A DNA stretch of 64,000 nucleotides from Desulfatiglandales bacterium (lineage in GTDB: Bacteria > Desulfobacterota > DSM-4660 > Desulfatiglandales > Desulfatiglandaceae): positions 2,560,001-2,624,000 of the forward strand of contig OY759599.1 of assembly GCA_963662465.1 (NCBI GenBank), in the 5' to 3' direction. This document shows, piece after piece, positions 48,841 to 58,133 of the stretch. Made by a program: the position numbers and the translations under genes. The notes beneath the pieces are model-generated. The model was not told the origin of the DNA. It did not search any database and worked only from the letters and a program-made list of their open reading frames with translations. Within the stretch, counting starts at the first letter, position 1; each line of letters opens with the position of its first letter.

Positions 48841-49278
48841 CTACCTCCCGATTTCCAATGCTTTTAAGGCCATATCCTTGGTGGCCTTGATGGCCGTTAC
48901 ATTTGCCTCATAACTCCTGGAGGCGGATATCATATTGGCCATCTCCTCCATCAAGTTGATGTTGGGCGTCTTGATGTATCCATCTTTATCCGCATCCGGG
49001 TGTTGGGGATTGTATTTTAAGTGCGGCTCTCTGGGATCTTCGATAATCTCATCAACCCGAACTTCCGATATGGGGCCGGCCATATGGGATTTCAGAAGGT
49101 TTTGAAAGGCGGGATTCATCGGTTTCCCGGCGAAGATCACATCCTTTCTGCGATAAGGGCCGCCACCGGGCGTCCTCGTGGTATTGATGTTGGCCAGATT
49201 GCTGCTGGTCACATTCATCCTGAGCCTTTGGGCGGAAAGTCCTGAAGAACCGATGCGGAGCGCGTCAAGAAAATTCAT
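48841..49278 (-). CDS. flgC: Rod protein FlgC
   Basis: SGLSAQR.RMN..SSNLAN, PYRRK, HPDAD..GY, RSYEAN. Confidence 0.97.
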   Translation of the reverse strand: MNFLDALRIGSSGLSAQRLRMNVTSSNLANINTTRTPGGGPYRRKDVIFAGKPMNPAFQNLLKSHMAGPISEVRVDEIIEDPREPHLKYNPQHPDADKDGYIKTPNINLMEEMANMISASRSYEANVTAIKATKDMALKALEIGR

Positions 49279-49280
49279 TT

Positions 49281-49697
49281 TTACTGACCTCCTTTGATGG
49301 CATCTTTCAATCCCTGAAATTTCTTTGAAATAATTTGGGCCATGGCATTGTACATGAGGTTGTTTTCCGACAATTTCGCCATCTCTCTGTCCATGTCAAC
49401 GGTGTTGCCATCCCTTCTCAATAATACCTGCGACGTCTTATCCAAGATCGGCCTCACATCGCCTTCGATGGCGTGTTTACCGGAAAGATGCCGGTGGTGG
49501 GTCCTTTTAATCTCAGCCGTATGCCCGGATCCCTTTGCCTTTTCAAGTTCTTCTTCCACCATGACATCAAAGGCCTTGTAGTTCGGGGTATCCATATTGG
49601 CGATATTCGACATCACCACGGTGTGCTTCGTACTTCTGAGATCCATGGCCCTTTCAAGGAGTTGAAAGGATCCCTTGAATAATCCCTGCGATTCCAT
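49281..49697 (-). CDS. flgB: Rod protein FlgB
   Basis: SNIANMDTPNYK, DGNTVD.D.EM. Confidence 0.96.
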   Translation of the reverse strand: MESQGLFKGSFQLLERAMDLRSTKHTVVMSNIANMDTPNYKAFDVMVEEELEKAKGSGHTAEIKRTHHRHLSGKHAIEGDVRPILDKTSQVLLRRDGNTVDMDREMAKLSENNLMYNAMAQIISKKFQGLKDAIKGGQ

Positions 49698-49703
49698 TTT
49701 CTT

Positions 49704-51056
49704 TCACCCCGTCTGCTCTTCTTTGTATTCTCTGAGTTTGTTTCGCAAAGTTCTGATGCTGATGCCTAACATTTCCGCTGCATGGGTACGGTTGTCGTTC
49801 ATTTGATCCAATGTTGCAAAAATAAGTTTTCGCTCCATCTCCCTCATGGATAGACCGACGCCCATGGGTATGCCGCCGGATTTCACCTCTTCATTTTCTC
49901 CCAGAACAAGATGCTCCGGCGAGATCACATTTCCCTCCGACAGCAGGACGGTCCGATGAATGGTGTTTTCCAGTTCTCTGACGTTCCCCTTCCAGTCAAG
50001 GCCCATCAGGATGGAAATCGCCTTGTCGGATATCGTCATCCCCCGTTTGCCGTTCTCTGAACCATATTTCTTCAAAAAATGATTCGCCAACACGGCAATA
50101 TCCTCTCTTCTTTCCCGCAAAGGCGGAATCTTAATGGGAATAACATTAATCCTGAAAAAAAGGTCTTCCCTGAATTTTCCCTCACTGACCGCCTTTTTCA
50201 GGTCCGCATTAGTGATGGCGATGATTCTCACATGGATCGGGACCGGTTTGCAGCCGCCAACACGGTCGAGAACCCTTTCCTGAATGATTCTCAGAAGCTT
50301 TGCCTGTGTCTGCAGGGGCATCTCGCTGATTTCATCCAGGACAATCGTGCCATGATTGGCCAGCTCAAACTTACCCAGTTTTCGGTTGGCAGCACCGGTA
50401 AAAGCGCCTTTTTCATGTCCAAAAAGTTCACTTTCAGCCAGGGCTTCGGGCAGGGAAGCACAGTTTACCGCAACGTAAGGCTTGTGATTCAAAAGGCTGT
50501 GTTGATGAATATAAGATGCCAGGACTTCCTTTCCCGTACCGCTTTCGCCCTGAATGAGAACGGTGGCATTGCTGGGCGCTACCTTCTTGGCGATTCCCAG
50601 GACATGATGCATTTTGGAACTCCGGGTAATCATTTCCCTGGTTTTTGAAGCGTTCCTCACATCATGGGTTCTACCTTGCGCTTGACCCTTTGAATTTCCG
50701 ACAGCCCTTTTAACCGCCAATTCCAGCGCTTCAAAGGAAAATGGTTTGAGAATATAATCCGAAGCGCCGCATTGCATGGTTTTAACGGCATTGTCAATGG
50801 TGCCGTTTGCTTCGGTCATGATAACCGGAATCCGGGGAGAAATGCTTCTCAATTGCACCAAAACCTCAATGCCGGCCATTTCAAGCAAGTTGACTTCGGA
50901 AATAACCAGTCCGAAGTCATTTTCCCTGAATTTGTTCAACCCCTCTGGTCCGCTGGAAGCCGTGGCAACCGTATGCCCTCCGAGGCTCAAGAGATGAGAG
51001 AGTTCTTTCCTCATCTCCGGTTGATCATCAATAACCAATATGGATTGTCCCGTCAT
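49704..51056 (-). CDS. Sigma54-dependent response regulator, FlrC/FleR-like (REC-AAA-HTH), atypical REC
   Basis: [34 protein letters not shown]; sits directly before flgB. Confidence 0.88.
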   Translation of the reverse strand: MTGQSILVIDDQPEMRKELSHLLSLGGHTVATASSGPEGLNKFRENDFGLVISEVNLLEMAGIEVLVQLRSISPRIPVIMTEANGTIDNAVKTMQCGASDYILKPFSFEALELAVKRAVGNSKGQAQGRTHDVRNASKTREMITRSSKMHHVLGIAKKVAPSNATVLIQGESGTGKEVLASYIHQHSLLNHKPYVAVNCASLPEALAESELFGHEKGAFTGAANRKLGKFELANHGTIVLDEISEMPLQTQAKLLRIIQERVLDRVGGCKPVPIHVRIIAITNADLKKAVSEGKFREDLFFRINVIPIKIPPLRERREDIAVLANHFLKKYGSENGKRGMTISDKAISILMGLDWKGNVRELENTIHRTVLLSEGNVISPEHLVLGENEEVKSGGIPMGVGLSMREMERKLIFATLDQMNDNRTHAAEMLGISIRTLRNKLREYKEEQTG

Positions 51057-51217
51057 CAGGTCGTTCTCTGTCCCAGGTTTTCATTGCCTTAAAAGTTTCT
51101 TAGAATCCACATATTTACAAACCACACCCGACTAACGCTTTTGAATGATGTCATATTGATAAACGCTCATGAATCACACGGGCATTCACCCCCAAACATA
51201 AAAATGACATCTACCGC

Positions 51218-51256
51218 TTTTAAGCTAACGGCTAACAGCTAATCGCTAACAGCTGC
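51218..51256. repeat. (GCTAACA)n heptamer tract, inverted sibling of 20920-20965
   Basis: TTTTAAGCTAACGGCTAACAGCTAATCGCTAACAGCTGC. Confidence 0.85.
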
Positions 51257-51268
51257 GTTTTTATGATA

Positions 51269-51284
51269 AGCAAAAAATATGCCG
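51269..51284 (-). promoter_or_regulatory. Sigma54 promoter for the flrC-like/flgBC/fliE-J operon
   Basis: Minus strand CGGCAT-ATTTT-TTGCT. Confidence 0.8.
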
Positions 51285-51391
51285 TAAATTTTACTAAGGA
51301 CCGACAGAGGGAAAAGCCATTGAAATTATGGGATTGACGTCAACATGTTGGTAAAATCGAAAAGACGCCGCGATAAAACACCTTCACATGC

Positions 51392-51405
51392 GTCACTTTT
51401 TTGAC
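51392..51405. promoter_or_regulatory. Candidate FleQ/FlrA-type enhancer box
   Basis: GTCA-CTTTTT-TGAC about 110 bp upstream of the sigma54 site. Confidence 0.55.
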
Positions 51406-51476
51406 GTGGTGGACGGCAATTCTCATTTTGGAATGATAAATTGTTCTACAGAATGGATTAATTCCTAAACAGGTTC

Positions 51477-52577
51477 TTAGGCGGGAACTTGTTGTAACTT
51501 GTGCCTTTTAATCTTTTCCACGAGGGTTGTTCTGTTGAGATGAAGGAGTTTGGCAGCCTTGTTTTTTATCCAGTTGGTCCTTTGCAAAGATTCAAGAATC
51601 AAAGTCTTTTCGAACTCCGTCACGGCGGTATTCAGGTTGATGCCGTCCTCTGAAATTTCTACGGATGGCGATTTGATATTGCCGCCGGCTCGCTTTATGT
51701 TTTCGGGTAAGTCTTCGGGCTCGATGATTCCTTCTCCCTTCAAAACCACAAACCTTTCAACCATGTTCTTCAACTCTCTCACATTCCCCGGCCAAGGGTG
51801 CTGAGTAAGCAACCCCATGGCATCCTTTGACAGTTCTTGAACATCAGCGTCATTTTTCCGATTGAATTCCATCAAGAAGTGTGACACGAGCAGGGAGATA
51901 TCTGATTTCCGCTCTCTGAGGGGAGGCACCTTAACCGGAATCACATTGAGTCGGTAGTAGAGATCTTCTCGAAAGGTTTTCTCCCGCACCAAAGCCTCCA
52001 GATCACGGTGGGTTGCCGCAAGTATTCTGACTTCCGCAATCATGGTTTTGACGCCGCCAACCTGTTCGAATTCCTTCTCTTCCAATACCCTCAGGATTTT
52101 GACTTGGAGACTGGGCGACATGTCGCCGATTTCATCCAGAAAAATGGTCCCCCCTTTGGCCAATTCAAATTTCCCCGCCTTTGAGGCCGTAGCGCCCGTA
52201 AAAGCGCCCCTTACATGCCCGAATAGCTCACTTTCCAAAAGGTTTTCGGGAATAGCACCGCAGTTTATGGTGATAAAGGGCTTATCTTTTCGTTTCGAAT
52301 TTCCATGAATCGCACGGGCGATCAAGCCTTTACCGGAACCGCTTTCCCCATTGATAATAACCGTGCTGTCGCTTCGAGCCACCCTTCCGACCAGCTTGAA
52401 GATTTCCCGCATTCCGGCGCTTTGCCCAATAATGCCATCGGATCTCTCAAAATCCAATGCCAATCTTTCTCGACCGGACAAACCGTCCGTCAATTTCAGA
52501 CCGTTGCTTTCAGAAACGACTTCCCTGGTGGCTACCTTCAACACTTTCTCTCCTCCTCGACTCTTCTTGCCCCGCAA
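51477..52577 (-). CDS. Sigma54 activator lacking a receiver domain (FleQ/FlrA-like candidate master regulator)
   Basis: Short N-terminus, [25 protein letters not shown] (a FleQ-type ending). Start uncertain. Confidence 0.8.
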   Translation of the reverse strand: MRGKKSRGGEKVLKVATREVVSESNGLKLTDGLSGRERLALDFERSDGIIGQSAGMREIFKLVGRVARSDSTVIINGESGSGKGLIARAIHGNSKRKDKPFITINCGAIPENLLESELFGHVRGAFTGATASKAGKFELAKGGTIFLDEIGDMSPSLQVKILRVLEEKEFEQVGGVKTMIAEVRILAATHRDLEALVREKTFREDLYYRLNVIPVKVPPLRERKSDISLLVSHFLMEFNRKNDADVQELSKDAMGLLTQHPWPGNVRELKNMVERFVVLKGEGIIEPEDLPENIKRAGGNIKSPSVEISEDGINLNTAVTEFEKTLILESLQRTNWIKNKAAKLLHLNRTTLVEKIKRHKLQQVPA

Positions 52578-52679
52578 AACACCACAAAAGCCAGGTTCTA
52601 AATGGCTGAAGCCACATTCTCAATCAATACTATCCCCAAAAACAATAAGTCCTGTCAGGGAATTGCAACCTTAACTAAC

Positions 52680-52695
52680 AGCAAGGCTTATGCCA
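52680..52695 (-). promoter_or_regulatory. Sigma54 promoter upstream of the FleQ/FlrA-like gene
   Basis: Minus strand TGGCAT-AAGCC-TTGCT. Confidence 0.8.
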
Positions 52696-52808
52696 CAATC
52701 TCCCCGCAAACCCTCTCAATAATATTTTATACAATGATATTAATGGTTTAACAGAAAAAAACAATACAAACCGCAGATCCATTATCAAATCCCATCCCGC
52801 ACAATTCA

Positions 52809-52934
52809 TTGCAAAATGCAAAAACCGTGACCGATTAGAACGTCAACGCTCCCCGGCATGGTTAAATTTCAGTACGGAATTCAGAGTAATCAAGCGAAAT
52901 ATGCAAAATGCAATGTTGTTTTTGCATATTGCAA
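52809..52934. promoter_or_regulatory. Three TGCA-N3-TGCA palindromes, candidate activator binding sites
   Basis: TTGCAAAATGCAA 52809, ATGCAAAATGCAA 52901, TTGCATATTGCAA 52922; 115-240 bp upstream of the sigma54 site. Confidence 0.55.
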
Positions 52935-52937
52935 AAT

Positions 52938-54341
52938 TTATTCACGGATTTTGTATTTCGCAATCTTTCGGTAGAGGGTACTCGCATCAATTTCCAAGAG
53001 TTTTGCCGCCTGAACTTTTTTTCCGTCGGTTTTAAGGAGTGCCTTCCTGATAAGTGTCCTTTCATTTTCACGCAGCGAAAATGTGGGAATGTCCTTTTCA
53101 CAGCGCACTCCCGGCGCATCACGGATCTCAGCGGGAAGATCGATCAATTCAATTGATTCGCCCTGCCCCAATGCAAAAGCCCTTTCGACGACATTTTCCA
53201 ATTCCCTGACATTGCCGGGCCAATCATAGTCCAGCAAAGTATACATGGCTTCCGGGGAAATTCGTTTCACATCCCTCTTATTTCCGGTTCGCCCGAATTT
53301 GTTGATAAAATAGTTCGTCAGCAACGGGATGTCTTCGTTCCGTTCCCTCAAAGGCGGCATCTTGATGGAAATGACGTTAAGCCGGTAGAAAAGATCCTTT
53401 CGCAAGCGCCCGGCGGTCAGAAGCTCCCGTGCGTGCCTGTTCGTAGCGGCAATAATCCTCACATCCACCTTTAATTCGCTTGAAGCGCCTACGGGTCTGA
53501 TTTTTTTTTCTTGAATTGCCCTGAGGAGCTTGACCTGCAATTGTTGAGGCATCTCGGAAATCTCGTCCAGAAAAATCGTCCCCCCTTCGGCGGCCTCAAA
53601 AAGACCGACCCTGTCCCTTATGGCCCCCGTAAACGCTCCTTTCACATGTCCGAAAAGCTCACTTTCCAGTATCCCCTCAACGATGGCGCTGCAATTCAAC
53701 GAAACAAACGGTTTGTCCCGACGGTCGCTGCTTTTCTGAATCACCTTGGCAACCACCTCTTTCCCCGTGCCACTCTCCCCCTGGATCAAAACAGTGGGAC
53801 CCTTTTGGCTGATCCTGGCAATAATCTCATAGATCTGCTGCATCTTGGGACTTGCGCCAATCAGTTCATCATATCGGTATCTTTCCTGCAATCTGCCTTT
53901 AAGAAGAATATTTTCCTTCTGTAGATTCCTCTTTTCGCAAATCCGATCGATAAGATGCTTGACGCGATCCAGCTTGATCGGTTTTTGAAGATAGTCGTAT
54001 CCTCCCAGTTTCAGCGCTTCCACAGCGGATGTTACAGTCCCGTAACCCGTAAGAATAATCACTTCGATTTCGGGTCGGTATTCCTTTATGGCTTTCAAAA
54101 GTTCAAGACCGCTGAACTTCGGCATCTTCAGATCGGTAAAAACAATATCAAAATCCCTTGTTTTTACCAGCTCAAGCGCCTTTAGGCCGCTATCAACAAC
54201 CGTTATGTCGTATCCTTTCCGGGAAAGATACTCTTCCACCGTAAAACGAATTTCCGACTCATCATCAACGAAGAGTATTTCAGCCCTCTCAAGAGTTTTT
54301 CCGGCGCTCTCCCGATCATCAGCAGATGCTTCAAAATCCAT
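52938..54341 (-). CDS. NtrC/AtoC-family sigma54 response regulator
   Basis: REC with intact Asp (FTDLKMP), [23 protein letters not shown]. Confidence 0.92.
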   Translation of the reverse strand: MDFEASADDRESAGKTLERAEILFVDDESEIRFTVEEYLSRKGYDITVVDSGLKALELVKTRDFDIVFTDLKMPKFSGLELLKAIKEYRPEIEVIILTGYGTVTSAVEALKLGGYDYLQKPIKLDRVKHLIDRICEKRNLQKENILLKGRLQERYRYDELIGASPKMQQIYEIIARISQKGPTVLIQGESGTGKEVVAKVIQKSSDRRDKPFVSLNCSAIVEGILESELFGHVKGAFTGAIRDRVGLFEAAEGGTIFLDEISEMPQQLQVKLLRAIQEKKIRPVGASSELKVDVRIIAATNRHARELLTAGRLRKDLFYRLNVISIKMPPLRERNEDIPLLTNYFINKFGRTGNKRDVKRISPEAMYTLLDYDWPGNVRELENVVERAFALGQGESIELIDLPAEIRDAPGVRCEKDIPTFSLRENERTLIRKALLKTDGKKVQAAKLLEIDASTLYRKIAKYKIRE

Positions 54342-54356
54342 CCGACATCAATCCCA

Positions 54357-55802
54357 TTATTTGAAGCTCCTGATCCGTTCCATACGGCTAATCACTTCAG
54401 TGACGCGTATCCCGTATTTACCCTTCTCTACAACAACCTCCCCCCTGGCAATCAACTGGTTATTGGCAAAGATATCCAGCTTTTCATCTTCGATATTGTC
54501 AAATACCACCGAGGACCCGGGGCGCAGTTCACGCAATTCATGGATCTTCATCCTGGTGCGGCCCAATTCAACGGTGACTTCGATGGGAATATCAAGGATG
54601 AAATCGATATTTCTGGAAAGCTCTACGGCATCCGTTTCCACCGTTTCTTCAGGGATACCCCAATCCGCCCCGCCGGTCCCATCGCCGAATAGAGCATCCG
54701 CTTCAGGCGATGGTTCAATAACAGGATTCAACGCAACCAGTGATTCCTCATTTCCGGTTTCATCTTCCACAGCGTCGGGAATAACAACATTTTCATCAAT
54801 TTTGACGCAAACTTCCACAAAAATATCATGATCGTAAAATCGAAAGGAAAAACGCTCGTATCTCGCCATATTGAGGACTTCGATCTTGAAATCATTTCCG
54901 GTGGTAATGGAAGGGTGGGAAATCTCGCACAAAAGCCCGGAATCAGAAAAACCACCCTTCAGATTACCCCCAACAATATTGCACATCTCCCCAACAACGT
55001 CTTTGATCTCCTCATCATCCTGGACCTCTTCCAGCGGCCGATCAATCATTTTCCCCGTTATGATGCGGGCAAAAGGTCTACCCACGATAATGCTGACAAC
55101 CCCCATCACATCGCCCGCAAAATTAACGGAAGCAACAAACCGATCCCCCTGAGACATCAAATCATTGGCGGCATCACAGGCTTCAAGCTTCATGGAGAGC
55201 ATCAATTCAAACATCTCGATCAATGTATCCCCGGCAGTGGAAATAATATCCAGCCGTTTGAATTTCGTGACATCGATGTTCGTGAGTTTCTTTATGGCCT
55301 CGGGGAACGCGTCTTCTCCTAATTTTACACACACTTCAACCAATATGTGGTGTTCACCCATTGCGCTGCAATGGAAGATGAAGCGTTCGTATCTCGCCAT
55401 ATTGAGGGTTACGATATCAAAATCGCTGCCCATTGTAATGGCAGGCGTGGAAATAACGCAGGGGAGTCCGTGGTCATTCAGCGCGGATTTCAAGTTTCCC
55501 GCCAGGATATTGCATGTTTCCAGGATGACATCCTTGACTTCGTCCTCACCTTCCAGGTCCTCCAAATCCATACCGAGCATTTCCGTGGTCATGATGCGGG
55601 CAAAAGCATCGCTCACCTCTATTCGGTACGTTCCAACCACATCACCCGCGAAACTGATGGATCCGGAAATTTTGGTTCCCTGATCGTCCGGCGACGGATT
55701 TTCGTCGATTAACGACGCCTCCAGGGAGAGCATTGTTTCAAAAAACCCCGTCACGGCCTCGACAACATTGCCTTTTATATCAAAAACCTGAATTTCATCC
55801 AT
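54357..55802 (-). CDS. Tandem CheX-CheX-FliN(SpoA) fusion, FliY-like
   Basis: Two homologous CheX domains (DVILETCNILAGN; DVVGEMCNIVGGN), an acidic linker and a FliN-like C-terminus DFILDIPIEVTVELGRT...ARGEVVV. Confidence 0.85.
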   Translation of the reverse strand: MDEIQVFDIKGNVVEAVTGFFETMLSLEASLIDENPSPDDQGTKISGSISFAGDVVGTYRIEVSDAFARIMTTEMLGMDLEDLEGEDEVKDVILETCNILAGNLKSALNDHGLPCVISTPAITMGSDFDIVTLNMARYERFIFHCSAMGEHHILVEVCVKLGEDAFPEAIKKLTNIDVTKFKRLDIISTAGDTLIEMFELMLSMKLEACDAANDLMSQGDRFVASVNFAGDVMGVVSIIVGRPFARIITGKMIDRPLEEVQDDEEIKDVVGEMCNIVGGNLKGGFSDSGLLCEISHPSITTGNDFKIEVLNMARYERFSFRFYDHDIFVEVCVKIDENVVIPDAVEDETGNEESLVALNPVIEPSPEADALFGDGTGGADWGIPEETVETDAVELSRNIDFILDIPIEVTVELGRTRMKIHELRELRPGSSVVFDNIEDEKLDIFANNQLIARGEVVVEKGKYGIRVTEVISRMERIRSFK

Positions 55803-55837
55803 ACTTTTATCAACTTCCAGCTGGATCCAACAACGGA

Positions 55838-56494
55838 TCAGGCGCCCAAATACTCCTTTACGAGAGCCAACATCACACTTATCTTGGTCGGTTTCGGAAG
55901 AACCGGATAACCGTATTTAGAAACCTCCTTATCCAATTCCTTCTTCAAGGACCTTACGCCGAAAAAACCGCTGATATAAATTACTTTTATGCCACGATCC
56001 GCTTTTCTGATTTTCCTCACAAGCTCAAGTCCGTTCATCCGAGGCATAACAATATCGGTAAAGACCAGGTCCGGTTTAAATTTACGATAAATCTCATACC
56101 CCACATCTCCATCCACGGCGACCCTGACATCGTAGCCTTCCAATTGAAAGACCTCTTTCAGCGTCGCCTGCAAACCAAATTCATCCTCCACAACCAGGAT
56201 CTTTTTCTTTTTTGAAGTTTTTCGCTCTCCCTCCTTTTGAAAAATCCCCACAAGCGTTTTATCCTTTGCCCTATTCAGCAATCCTTGCACCTGATTGAGT
56301 CTTTGCTGAAGCGCCTTTGCTTTTTCAGGGTTTTGTGGATTCAAATCCGGATGGTAAACCTTGTTCAAAAGGCGATAGCCGGATCTGATATAGGACACGG
56401 CAGCGTCTTCGCCCAACTCGGTGTAAATCTCTCTCGCTTTCTCCAGCAGTCCTAAAGCGTCAAGCTCCTTTTCCAGATCCACTTCGTTATTCAT
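55838..56494 (-). CDS. J-domain-like plus receiver domain protein
   Basis: Likely start MNNEVDL at 56494; YRLLNKVYHPDLNP followed by REC (VVEDE, TDIVMP, ISG, PKP). Confidence 0.75.
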   Translation of the reverse strand: MNNEVDLEKELDALGLLEKAREIYTELGEDAAVSYIRSGYRLLNKVYHPDLNPQNPEKAKALQQRLNQVQGLLNRAKDKTLVGIFQKEGERKTSKKKKILVVEDEFGLQATLKEVFQLEGYDVRVAVDGDVGYEIYRKFKPDLVFTDIVMPRMNGLELVRKIRKADRGIKVIYISGFFGVRSLKKELDKEVSKYGYPVLPKPTKISVMLALVKEYLGA

Positions 56495-56499
56495 TTCTT

Positions 56500-57495
56500 T
56501 CAGCTCTCCGTGTTCTTCTCGCTGACCTTCAAGCCCAGCCCGTTCAGCATTTCCAAATCCTTTTGAAGGGTACGCCCATCGGTGGTGAGGTAATTGCCGG
56601 TCATCATACCATTGGCGCCCGCCTCGAAAATCCGGGAATGATGATCCCCCAGGCTGGCTTCTCTTCCACCGCAAACCAGAATGGCGGCATTCGGCAAAAC
56701 ATACCGGAAAAGCGAGATTATTTTGAGGCACCGCATGGGAGAGACCCTTGAATAATGCGCCATGGGCGTTCCTTCGATGGGCGACAGGAAATTAATGGGA
56801 ACGGCATCCACATTCAAATCCTTCAGGGCCAAGGCCAGTTCAAGGACCTGCTCATCCGTCTCCCCAATCCCGAAGATACCGCCGGAACATACGGAAAGAC
56901 CCGCCCTTTTCGCGTCCAGGACACAGTTCACCCGTTCCTCATAGGTGTGGGTGGTACACATGTTGGTAAAATGGCTCTTGGCGGTTTCCAGGTTGTGGTG
57001 ATAACGACTCACTCCCGCTTTCCTTAACACTTGAAAATCCTCGGGACCTAGAATGCCAAGGGAAACGCAGGTTTTGATCCTGGAAGGATCCAATGCACCG
57101 AGGGCTTTTGCAACAGCCGCCACCTCATGGGCAGGCAAACCTCTCCCGCTGGTCACGACGGCATATCGGTTAATGGGCGTTTCCGACGCATATTCACCAC
57201 CCGCCATGAGTTCTTCCCGGTTCATAAGGGGATAAACGCTCGCCTTTGTTTTTGAAAATGCGGACTGAGAACAAAAAGCGCAATCCTCGCTGCACTTTCC
57301 CGATTTGCCGTTGCAGATGGTGCATAAGTGAATCTCGGAACCGAAATGGGCCTTGCGAATCCGGTCCGCTCCCGCCATGAGCATGGGCGCATCTTGGGTC
57401 GGCGTATCCACGATAATCCTGTAGGCTTCGATACCGAGGGGTTTCCCCGCCAGGATATTTTCAGTTAAAATATTCAGTTCTTTTTTTCTATCCAT
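56500..57495 (-). CDS. bioB: Biotin synthase
   Basis: CSEDCAFC radical SAM motif, YHHNLET, CSGGIFG.GE, VPINFL, MTGNYLTT. Confidence 0.96.
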   Translation of the reverse strand: MDRKKELNILTENILAGKPLGIEAYRIIVDTPTQDAPMLMAGADRIRKAHFGSEIHLCTICNGKSGKCSEDCAFCSQSAFSKTKASVYPLMNREELMAGGEYASETPINRYAVVTSGRGLPAHEVAAVAKALGALDPSRIKTCVSLGILGPEDFQVLRKAGVSRYHHNLETAKSHFTNMCTTHTYEERVNCVLDAKRAGLSVCSGGIFGIGETDEQVLELALALKDLNVDAVPINFLSPIEGTPMAHYSRVSPMRCLKIISLFRYVLPNAAILVCGGREASLGDHHSRIFEAGANGMMTGNYLTTDGRTLQKDLEMLNGLGLKVSEKNTES

Positions 57496-58133
57496 TATAA
57501 TGATGTCCCAAAACATCGGCGAAAGGCATCCTTTAACGTTGCCCCGTCGATGCGCTCCAAAGGTTCAATTTCAGCGCAAACCGCTGTGTTTCCGTAATGT
57601 TCAATGGCCTTTCGGTTATCTGAATTCCGAGGACCGTTCATCACCACGCCCAACACCGGCAAACCATGGTTTTTCAGCATCGCCAATGACAGCAGGGTAT
57701 GGTTGATGGTGCCGAGGCCACTTTTTGCCACCAGCAGAATCGGAAGCTGAAGTTTTTTCATAAGATCCAGCATCAGGTGATGTTCGTTCAGGGGAACCAT
57801 TATCCCCCCCGCCCCTTCCACGATAAGATGCCCCCCGGGGATTTGGGGGAGGACCATTGATTCGAGATCAATGCAAATCCCATCTTTTGCCGCCGCAACA
57901 TGGGGCGACAGGGGAAACCGAAATCGGTAGGTTTCAGGGAAAAAATGAGTTGACGGCAAGCCGGTCATCTCCCGCACCCATGCCGTATCCGTTTTCTCCA
58001 AAAGACCGCTTTGAACGGGCTTCCAGTATCGGGCTGAAAGGCCCGCCGCCAGAATGGCGCTCACCATGGTTTTACCCACGCCGGTGCCCGTTCCGGCAAC
58101 AAATATCCGGGGAGGCAGATCAAGGGTTCCCAT
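57495..58133 (-). CDS. bioD: Dethiobiotin synthetase
   Basis: GT.TGVGKT, WKPVQSG, VEGAGG, LGTINHTLL. Confidence 0.96.
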   Translation of the reverse strand: MGTLDLPPRIFVAGTGTGVGKTMVSAILAAGLSARYWKPVQSGLLEKTDTAWVREMTGLPSTHFFPETYRFRFPLSPHVAAAKDGICIDLESMVLPQIPGGHLIVEGAGGIMVPLNEHHLMLDLMKKLQLPILLVAKSGLGTINHTLLSLAMLKNHGLPVLGVVMNGPRNSDNRKAIEHYGNTAVCAEIEPLERIDGATLKDAFRRCFGTSL

